In this document: positions 21,312-28,471 of the stretch, piece after piece | Layout of the letters: each line of letters starts with the position of its first letter | How positions within the stretch are numbered: position 1 is the stretch's first letter | Notes under the pieces: model-generated | Seen by the model: the letters and a program-made list of their open reading frames with translations, nothing else | Told to the model about the DNA's origin: nothing | Database searches by the model: none | Source: an uncultured Verrucomicrobiota bacterium | GTDB lineage: Bacteria; Verrucomicrobiota; Kiritimatiellia; CAIQIC01; Lenti-01 | DNA length: 64,000 nt | Direction of reading: 5' to 3' | Assembly: GCA_964399775.1 (NCBI GenBank) | Contig: CAYNSH010000002.1 | Location: 2,556 to 66,555, forward strand | Made by a program: the position numbers and the translations under genes

Positions 21312-22099
21312 GAGGCTCCCTCCTCCAAGTGCTTCAACAGCTCGTCCGATGACGCGAACATAATGTCGCGGGCCCAGCGCCCCGCTTCTCCCGGACGCGC
21401 GCGCATCACGCCGCCGGCCGCGACCGCGATTGCGCCCGCCGCCCCCACGTCCCACAGCCAGGCGTCTTCCTCCACATAGGCGTCCAGCCAGCCGCAGGCC
21501 ACATACGACCCCATCACCGCCGCCGATCCCAGCATGCGCACCTTCTTGTACCCCTGCACCTGGCCAATAAATCGACGCAACGCCGCGTCCCCGTAATCCT
21601 GGTGATGCGGAAATCCCGTGGCCAGCGATGCCTTCGCCGGCTCCTCCACCCCGGACACCCGGATGGGCTCCCCGTTGCGCCAGGCCCCGCGCCCCACCAC
21701 CCCCGTGAACAACTCGTCGAGGAAGAAGTTGTACACCGCGCCCAGCACCGGGCGCCCCCGGGCCCACAAGCCGACGGAAGAACAGCACATCGGCATCCCG
21801 CGCGAGTAATTGAACGATCCGTCCAGCGGGTCCACCACCCACATCGGCGATTCCCCATCCAACTCCCCCACCTCGCCCCGTTCCTCCGTCAGGACCGGCA
21901 GCGGCAGGCGCTCGGCCAGCACATTCAAAATCAAATCCTCGGCCCGTTGATCCGCCTCCAGCTTGATGTCATGCCCGATCTCCGACAGCACCTCCACCGG
22001 TTTCCGGCGCAACTCCAGCAGCAACCGGCCCGCCGCCCTCACCGCCGCCACCGCCACCTCCAGCCCCGCCGTCAAATCCGCCTCTCGCATCGTATCCAT
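21308..22099 (-). CDS. Inositol monophosphatase family protein (SuhB/CysQ-like)
   Basis: WVVDPLDGSFNYSRGMP is the IMPase motif (WxxDPxDGT...). The gene is 263 aa. Confidence 0.8.
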   Translation of the reverse strand: MDTMREADLTAGLEVAVAAVRAAGRLLLELRRKPVEVLSEIGHDIKLEADQRAEDLILNVLAERLPLPVLTEERGEVGELDGESPMWVVDPLDGSFNYSRGMPMCCSSVGLWARGRPVLGAVYNFFLDELFTGVVGRGAWRNGEPIRVSGVEEPAKASLATGFPHHQDYGDAALRRFIGQVQGYKKVRMLGSAAVMGSYVACGWLDAYVEEDAWLWDVGAAGAIAVAAGGVMRARPGEAGRWARDIMFASSDELLKHLEEGAS

Positions 22100-22413
22100 G
22101 CTCCCAATCTACCCCCCGCCGCCCCCGCCGGTCAAGCGTTGCACACCATCTATCCTCATGGCGGGAATCCTATTGGGCCTTGCGGATGGGAGTGACCGCT
22201 CGCGGGTCGGGCCGCTCCACGACCTTGCCCTGCCATTCTCGCGTATTTCAGCCACCGGTAGGGCGAGCCGTCCCCGGTGAGCCGTGCTTTCTGCTTTGCC
22301 AATGAACCGGCACCCCATCGCAGATGCGACCTGTTTCCAAGGCCTTTCCAGAGTCGCCTTGACGCCTCCGCTCCATTGCGGCAATCTCCTCAATCATGAG
22401 GAGGGTTCATCCC

Positions 22414-23808
22414 ATGGGTTGGTTCGGCCGGCGGGTTTTCCGTTCCCTCCCCTCGTGGCCGGCCCGCGTTTGCCTCGCCGGGATTCTGGCCACCGTGCCC
22501 CCCACCGCCTTTTCTGCCGGCCGGCCATCCTCGCCGGCAGATGGACCGGGAATCCTCATCCCCCTGTCCTTCGAGCGCTATCCGGAGGATCAGTCCGCTT
22601 CCGCCGGACCGCGAACCATGCAGCCCATGCGGGACACGCCCCCCGCTGGCCATTGGGTCCTGCCCGCCCTGAACGGCGACAAACCTCTCTATGGACTTCT
22701 CCGCATCGGTTCACGCGAGCACCTCGTCGTCATCGACCGCCAGAAGGAAGACTCCCCCTTTTACGATCGCCTCCATATCGACCTGAATCTCAATGGCGAT
22801 CTCACCGAAACCCCGCCCCTTCTGGGCGAGGCCCGGTTGCAGCGCCGGTCCACCCTGTATGAATGTACCTTTCCGCCGGTTGACCTCGACATCATCCAGG
22901 CGGGCCACCCACTGCCGTACTGCATTGCCATCCAAGTGCGGCAAGCCCGGACATCCGATCGCATCTTTTTCCGCGAAGACGATGGGGATGTCCAAATCGA
23001 TGTCCACCTGACCTCCGCACCGCATTGCGCCTATTCGGGCGAAGCCGAAATCGATGGCACGGCGTACTCCTTCACCCTTCTGGACCAAACATCGAATGGC
23101 CGCTTCGACGACCGCGGGCGCCTCTCCTCCCATCCTGGCATGCGGTCACCGTATCTCCTCTACTCAGGCGACGCTCTCCAGATAACCCAGGAGGGCGAAA
23201 ACAGCCCCGTCCGTTTCCTGCTGGGCGACTCCCTCGCCATCGGCAACCGGCTGTTCGATCTCCATATCGATATTCCCTCCGGATGGCTGCGGCTGGAACC
23301 CCGTACGCAACCGGTGGGTTTCCTGGAGTTCCCCTACCCGGTGCGCGCCATGAGCCTCCTCCATGAGACCGGGTCGGTCATGTTGTACCGGGTCGCGGAG
23401 CAGGTCCTCGTCCCCGCCGGCGAATGGCGCCTGCAAAGCTACGAAATGAATCAATCCGACGAGTGGGGCGATATCTGGTCCATCCAGGCGCGCGGCTCCG
23501 CCAACACCCAGCCGGTTCAGATTCTCGAGGACACCACCACGGTGTTCCCGGGTGGCGAACCGCTGCAAGCCTCCGTATCGATTCCGGAAGCCCAACTCAT
23601 CAACGCGGTGGCCGCCAACAGCCTGAGAATTTCCTTCCGTATGTTGGGCCATGCCGGCGAGGACATCATCAACATCCAGCATGACTCCGGCACCAACACC
23701 CAGCACAAGCGCAGCGGTTATCAGCTTCGACGCCCCGCACCACCCACTTACCAGATTATCCGCCCCAACGGCGAACGGGTCTTCTCCGGCTCGTTCGAGT
23801 ATGGATGA
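22414..23808 (+). CDS. Secreted hypothetical protein (signal peptide)
   Basis: A GAGGAGGG RBS lies 8 nt before the ATG at 22414. The signal-like N-terminus is MGWFGRRVFRSLPSWPARVCLAGILATVPPTAFSAG. The reading frame continues after the TGA (see findings). Confidence 0.55.
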   Translation: MGWFGRRVFRSLPSWPARVCLAGILATVPPTAFSAGRPSSPADGPGILIPLSFERYPEDQSASAGPRTMQPMRDTPPAGHWVLPALNGDKPLYGLLRIGSREHLVVIDRQKEDSPFYDRLHIDLNLNGDLTETPPLLGEARLQRRSTLYECTFPPVDLDIIQAGHPLPYCIAIQVRQARTSDRIFFREDDGDVQIDVHLTSAPHCAYSGEAEIDGTAYSFTLLDQTSNGRFDDRGRLSSHPGMRSPYLLYSGDALQITQEGENSPVRFLLGDSLAIGNRLFDLHIDIPSGWLRLEPRTQPVGFLEFPYPVRAMSLLHETGSVMLYRVAEQVLVPAGEWRLQSYEMNQSDEWGDIWSIQARGSANTQPVQILEDTTTVFPGGEPLQASVSIPEAQLINAVAANSLRISFRMLGHAGEDIINIQHDSGTNTQHKRSGYQLRRPAPPTYQIIRPNGERVFSGSFEYG

Positions 23809-24154
23809 GGCTTCACCTGCTCGGCCACATGGCGTGGCCCCATCAGCCCGGGGGACTATCGCGTTGCGTCCTCCTTCAAGCCTGGCCCCTTTGACTGCAC
23901 CAGCCAGCCCTTGGAATTCACGGTGCCCCCATCCCCCGGTGCGGTGACCGTCGAAACTCCCCCAGAGCAGCCCCCGCCATCCATCGAACTCCCCGCCAAG
24001 GCCACCCGCTGGCAGCGCTTCCTCTTCCGCCTGCGCCGCCTGTTGCTGTGGTTGGTCCGCATCATCGACCAGCGCCTGGGCACCTGAGCCTCACCGCCAG
24101 GCGCCGCGGGCAGCTCCGCATCCGTTCAATCCGGACTACGTCCACTTCATCTTG

Positions 24155-24205
24155 ATTATAGTATTTATAAATAATATAATTATGCTATTTATAAATAGTA
24201 TAATT
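24155..24205. repeat. AT-rich (about 15% GC) palindromic element: two inverted copies of ATTATA(G/C)TATTTATAAATA separated by 12 bp. The core TATTTATAAATA is itself a perfect 12-bp palindrome.
   Basis: Read directly: gATTATAGTATTTATAAATAatataattatgcTATTTATAAATAGTATAATt. The 19-bp arms are inverted with one mismatch. It sits in the convergent intergenic region between the secreted-protein gene and cdaL1. Confidence 0.8.
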
Positions 24206-24352
24206 GCTTCCCTCGCCTTGCGGAATGAATAAAGGGCAGTCCCCTCGAAGGAATCTGTGAACCGATGCGGGCAAGGGTCATGGGCGGGACACGACCGGCG
24301 ACGTCCAGCCTCCGATCACTCACCGGAGCCGTTTCGTCGCGGATGCGCCCGG

Positions 24353-25000
24353 TCAGCGGTGCAGCACCTGCACACGCGCATTTTCGTATTCGGCCATGAA
24401 CTGCTTCAGCACGTTCCAGCAGCTCGCGCAAGGCGGCAAGTCCGTGTACAGCTTGACCCGCATGCGGATCGAGGTGTCGGGCAGGCGCGCGACCAGATCC
24501 TCGATGATCTTGTATTCCGTATCCACGGAGCGCACCCAGCAGTTGCTCCCATCCACCACATCATGCTGGTTGACGCATAACACATGGTAGCGCCCGTTCT
24601 CCGGCTTCAGCGAGATGCCCTCCAATTGCTTGGCCATTGGGGAGGAATAGCCATCCAGGCTCTGGATGCCGCTGTGGGCGAAGTATTCGGTCTTGTCCAG
24701 GTCCTTGGCTCCGACCACGGCCCAGGCGAAATTATTCCGCTCGCGGTACTGTGCGGGAAGCCTGGCGCGGCAGTGTTCAATGCGCTCCAGCGCCGCCCCA
24801 TCCCGATCCGCACGGATCTTTCGCAACGTCGGCTGGCGAACGATCCGCTCCTCCACCTGCGGCGGTTCCGCCGCGCGGGACAACGACGGCATGGCGACCG
24901 CCGCCAGGGCCAGCCAGATCGCCCAGCCCAGGACACGCCATCGCCAGATATCGCTTTTGCGCCGGATTCCGGCGCCCGGCCTTTGCTTACGGCCACTCAT
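24353..25000 (-). CDS. Secreted protein, paralog 1 of a tandem pair; C-terminal cytidine-deaminase-like PCxSC motif
   Basis: Signal peptide WAIWLALAAVAMPSLSRA|AEPP. Conserved with the neighbouring paralog: NNFAWA, EYFAHSGIQSLD, DTEYKIIEDLVARLPD, PPCASCWNVLKQFMAEY. Confidence 0.55.
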   Translation of the reverse strand: MSGRKQRPGAGIRRKSDIWRWRVLGWAIWLALAAVAMPSLSRAAEPPQVEERIVRQPTLRKIRADRDGAALERIEHCRARLPAQYRERNNFAWAVVGAKDLDKTEYFAHSGIQSLDGYSSPMAKQLEGISLKPENGRYHVLCVNQHDVVDGSNCWVRSVDTEYKIIEDLVARLPDTSIRMRVKLYTDLPPCASCWNVLKQFMAEYENARVQVLHR

Positions 25001-25619
25001 AGATCACTTCCATTTCCACATTGGTATAGATCGCCATGAACTGCTCCATCACCCCCCGGCAGCTCAGACAGGGCTCCAGATAGGTGTACATCAAAATGCG
25101 GCCTTCAACGGACGGGTCCGGCAGCCGCGCCGCGATGTCCTCCAGGATCTTGTATTCCGTGTCAAACCACCGCGGGATGGCGTTGGGGCCGCCGATATTG
25201 CCCTCAAAATCCACGAACAGGGTCCGGAAGCGGGCGGTTTCCCGGTCCGGCTGCGGGGAGATGCCTCGGATCTTCCGCGCCGCGCGCGACGACAGATTGT
25301 CCAGGCTCTGGATGCGGCTGTGCGCATAGTATTCCTTCTTCCGCAGTCCCGGAATATCCGCCCGCGCCCAGGCAAAATTGTTCATCCTCTGGAACTCGGC
25401 CGGCAACCGGTTGCGGTAGTACCAGACCCGTTTCTTGGCCTCGGCATCCTCCCGGCGGTCCACATGGCGCACGATCGGCTCGCGCGCCTCCGGCACGGGC
25501 TCTTCCCCGGCCCGAACCGCCATCGGCGACAGCGCCGCCAACATCAGCCCAACCCGCACCGGCCATCGCCAGGATCCATGCCCTACACGCCAGCGCACTC
25601 TTGTTTTCACTGGTATCAT
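24987..25619 (-). CDS. Secreted protein, paralog 2 of the tandem pair
   Basis: Signal peptide VRVGLMLAALSPMAVRA|GEEP. Shares NNFAWA, EYYAHSRIQSLD, DTEYKILEDIAARLPD and EPCLSCRGVMEQFMAIY with paralog 1. The CRGVMEQF segment resembles CDA PCGxCRQVIxEL. Confidence 0.55.
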   Translation of the reverse strand: MIPVKTRVRWRVGHGSWRWPVRVGLMLAALSPMAVRAGEEPVPEAREPIVRHVDRREDAEAKKRVWYYRNRLPAEFQRMNNFAWARADIPGLRKKEYYAHSRIQSLDNLSSRAARKIRGISPQPDRETARFRTLFVDFEGNIGGPNAIPRWFDTEYKILEDIAARLPDPSVEGRILMYTYLEPCLSCRGVMEQFMAIYTNVEMEVIYEWP

Positions 25620-25711
25620 GACCTCACCCTATCGGGCTTCCCCTCCCCTGCCAAGAACCATATCCGTATCCAACCCGTGAAAACGGTGAAAACACCACGC
25701 CCAGCCGCACA

Positions 25712-26581
25712 TCACCGCGCAAAGCGAGAAAAGTCGCGCTCGAGAGCCGCGACATCGTCCCACCCGTAGATTTCCAGCAGGGCCCGCAGCGCGTCATCGC
25801 CGGCGATCACCTTCTGCAAAAAGGTCTCCCACATTTCGCGCGGATACCGGATCAGCAGGAATCCCACCAGAAACTGGCTCGTGTCGTAAAACAACCGAAT
25901 ATCCCCCGCTGCGGCGGGATAGGTTTGCGCGTGGAGCAGCCGTTCCAGCGGCATCCGTCGGGGCAGGCGTCGGAATGTCGCCCGCGGATTCCAGCCCAGG
26001 CCGCGCGCCGCGCGGTAGGCGAATTCCCCGTAGTATTCCGCCAACCCTTCGTTCAGCCAGAGCGGAAGGCGCACGGGCAAAAAGCGATTGAACACCAGAT
26101 GCGTCATCTCGTGGGCCAGCACGCCCATGCGCTCCGACGGAGCCCGGCCCACCTCCTGCAACATCATCACGTTCCCGCGCACGAAGGAGGCCGCCCACGG
26201 CTCCACCCCCGGCATGCCGGCCACGATGGCCTGCCAGTCGCGGGGATCGCGAAAGATGAAGATGTGCGAGAGTCCAGGGCTGACCCGATCTTCCAGGCCG
26301 GGCAGATCCGCCGAGATGGCCTCATAGAACTGCTCGCCCATTCGCGCCACGCGGGCGGCGAACATCTTCTGGTCGTAGTGCAGAACGAAATGCGCCGTGC
26401 GCAGGTGTCGCCAGCGATACGCCGGATTCTCCAGCAGGGCGACATCCACCGGCAGCAACCCCGCGCGCGGAACCTCGTCCAGCGGAATATCCTGGGTCCC
26501 TTCCGGATTCGCCCATGCCGGCCGCAACAGGACCACCACCATCCCCAGCACGGCCCAGATGCCCCGAATCCAACGATTCAT
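25712..26581 (-). CDS. Secreted zinc metallopeptidase, Peptidase_MA_2-like (HExxH...NEGLAEY)
   Basis: Real start [24 protein letters not shown] (signal). HEMTHLVFN is the HExxH motif; [10 protein letters not shown] carries a candidate third zinc-ligand Glu. The upstream 160 aa of the track ORF are antisense to yifB. Confidence 0.6.
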   Translation of the reverse strand: MNRWIRGIWAVLGMVVVLLRPAWANPEGTQDIPLDEVPRAGLLPVDVALLENPAYRWRHLRTAHFVLHYDQKMFAARVARMGEQFYEAISADLPGLEDRVSPGLSHIFIFRDPRDWQAIVAGMPGVEPWAASFVRGNVMMLQEVGRAPSERMGVLAHEMTHLVFNRFLPVRLPLWLNEGLAEYYGEFAYRAARGLGWNPRATFRRLPRRMPLERLLHAQTYPAAAGDIRLFYDTSQFLVGFLLIRYPREMWETFLQKVIAGDDALRALLEIYGWDDVAALERDFSRFAR

Positions 26582-28122
26582 GCCCAGTAGCTTCGGTCGA
26601 GGGAGCGGTACTGGATGGCCTCGGCGATGTGGTCGGCCGCGATGGAATCGCTGCCGGCCAGATCGGCAATGGTCCGGGCAACCTTGAGAATGCGGTCGTA
26701 GGCGCGCGCGCTCAGGTGCAGGTCGGACATCGCCGCCTTGAGCAAGCCTTCCGCATCGCCGTCCAAGACGCAGTTTTTGTGGACATCCTTGGCGCGCATG
26801 GTCGCGTTGCAGTGGACCGCCGGACGCCCCTTGTGGTGGGCAAAACGATCGCGCTGGATCGCCCGCGACGCCACCACCCGCTCGCGGATCGCCGAAGAAC
26901 TCTCGCCCTTTTCCAGCGACGACAACTGCTGGTAGTTGATCGCCGGCACCTCGACATGGAGGTCGATCCGATCCAGCAGCGGCCCGGAAATCTTGTTGCG
27001 ATAGCGCTGCATCTGGACGGGCGTGCAGCGGCACACCTTCTGGCTGTCCCCCCAATGGCCGCACGGACAGGGATTCATCGCCGCCACGAGCATGAAGCGG
27101 CAGGGAAAGGTCACCGAGGCCGCGGCGCGCGAGATCGTGACAGTGCCGTCCTCGAGAGGCTGGCGCATCACTTCCAGCACGTTGCGGTGGAACTCGGGCA
27201 GTTCATCCAGGAACAGCACCCCGTTGTGGGCCAGGCTGACCTCGCCGGGCATCGGGTGGGTTCCGCCGCCCAGAAGCCCCGCATCGGAGATGGTGTGATG
27301 CGGCGCGCGGAACGGGCGGCCATGCACCACCGCCTGATGCGCCGGCAGCGCGCCCGCGATGCTGTGGATCTTGGTGGTCTCCAGCGCTTCTTCCAGCGTC
27401 AGCGGCGGCAGGATGGTCGGCACCCGCTTGGCCAGCATCGATTTCCCGGTTCCCGGCGGGCCCACCAGCAGGATGTTGTGCCCGCCGGCCACGGCCACTT
27501 CGATGGCCCGCCGCGCAAATTCCTGGCCTTTGACATCGGCATAATCGTCGTCATAGAGCGTACCGCCGGCAAACGCCGCCTGCATATCGACCTGGCAGGG
27601 CGGAATGGCCTTGCGGCCTTCGATGAAATCGGCGGCTTCGCGCAGGTTCGCCACGGGATACACCGACAGCCCTTCGACCACGGCGGCCTCTTCGGCGTTC
27701 TCGGGCGGCACCAGGATTCCCTTTCGTCCCTCGGCGCGCGCCCGCAGGGCAATCGGCAGCACCCCGCGCACGCGCCGGACTTCTCCGCTCAGCGCCAACT
27801 CGCCCACCACGGCATAGGCCTCCAGGCGGCCGCCATCCAACTGCTCTTCAGCCGCCAGCATCCCGAGCGCGATCGGCAGGTCGAAACTGGGCCCCTCCTT
27901 CTTGATGTCCGCCGGCGCCAGATTGATCGTCATGCGGTTCATCGGCGGCGCAAACCCGGAATTGACCATGGCGGTCCAGACGCGGTCCGAACTTTCCTTC
28001 ACCGCGGCATCCGGAAGCCCCACCACCACGATCGTGGGCGTGCCATGCCCGGAATTGACCTCGATTTCAATCTCGTAGGCGTCCACTCCGAACACCGCGC
28101 CTGAATAGACTTTGGAAAGCAT
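26578..28122 (-). CDS. comM: YifB/ComM family Mg-chelatase-like AAA+ ATPase
   Basis: [22 protein letters not shown]..., Walker A (GPPGTGKSM), LFLDELPEF, and the characteristic Cys cluster ([15 protein letters not shown]). Confidence 0.9.
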   Translation of the reverse strand: MLSKVYSGAVFGVDAYEIEIEVNSGHGTPTIVVVGLPDAAVKESSDRVWTAMVNSGFAPPMNRMTINLAPADIKKEGPSFDLPIALGMLAAEEQLDGGRLEAYAVVGELALSGEVRRVRGVLPIALRARAEGRKGILVPPENAEEAAVVEGLSVYPVANLREAADFIEGRKAIPPCQVDMQAAFAGGTLYDDDYADVKGQEFARRAIEVAVAGGHNILLVGPPGTGKSMLAKRVPTILPPLTLEEALETTKIHSIAGALPAHQAVVHGRPFRAPHHTISDAGLLGGGTHPMPGEVSLAHNGVLFLDELPEFHRNVLEVMRQPLEDGTVTISRAAASVTFPCRFMLVAAMNPCPCGHWGDSQKVCRCTPVQMQRYRNKISGPLLDRIDLHVEVPAINYQQLSSLEKGESSSAIRERVVASRAIQRDRFAHHKGRPAVHCNATMRAKDVHKNCVLDGDAEGLLKAAMSDLHLSARAYDRILKVARTIADLAGSDSIAADHIAEAIQYRSLDRSYWA

Positions 28123-28224
28123 GGCGGGATTCAATCCTTACGCATGGTCCGGCTTGCAAGCATCACGGGATACCGTTTCAAATCGAGCCGCCGAAAGCAA
28201 GTTCCGGCTCCGGAAAAGGCGCCC

Positions 28225-28428
28225 CTGTGTGGAAAATAGTTTTCCATGCCGTGGAAAAACCTGCCATATGTTTTCCATGCCGTGGAACAATCCGTCTCCC
28301 ATTTTCCATGCTGTGGAATACATTTTTCCATGCCGTGGAAAAATCAGCCGATATTTTTCCATGCTGTGGAAAATCCGGGCCGCGATTTTCCATGGCGTGG
28401 AAAACGGGTTACCACTGTGTGGAAAATT
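28225..28428. promoter_or_regulatory. Array of six 19-bp palindromes TTTTCCA-N5-TGGAAAA, flanked at both ends by the same half-site pattern; half-sites match the DnaA-box consensus TTWTNCACA on the bottom strand
   Basis: TTCCA...TGGAA unit centres fall at about 28250, 28281, 28312, 28333, 28364 and 28395, giving spacings of 31, 31, 21, 31 and 31 bp. The flanking half-site TGTGGAAAA occurs within a conserved CTGTGTGGAAAAT at 28225-28237 and 28415-28427 (TTTTCCACA on the bottom strand). A patch with roughly 40% GC follows at 28425-28470. Confidence 0.8.
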
Positions 28429-28471
28429 GAAGATTTATTGATGCCTATCGATTCTTGACGTAACTCGATCC

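Noticed and set aside
22100-22413. About 315-bp divergent intergenic region between the IMPase and secreted-protein genes, checked for tRNA, riboswitch or small ORF (22109-22393 minus, 94 aa)
   Set aside because: No cloverleaf-compatible structure or known riboswitch consensus was recognised. The 94-aa ORF is G/R-rich with no RBS and is treated as non-coding promoter region.
28112-28458. Small W/F/H-rich ORFs on both strands (for example MPWKNLPYVFHAVEQ..., MEKCIPQHGKWET...) and a CRISPR-like appearance of the repeat array
   Set aside because: These peptides are simply translations of the TTTTCCATGCCGTGGAAAA repeats (TGG gives W, TTC and TTT give F, CAT gives H). The array has 19-bp palindromic repeats with 2-12-bp spacers. 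That is far too short and regular for CRISPR spacers, and no cas genes are nearby. It is treated as a protein-binding site array instead.
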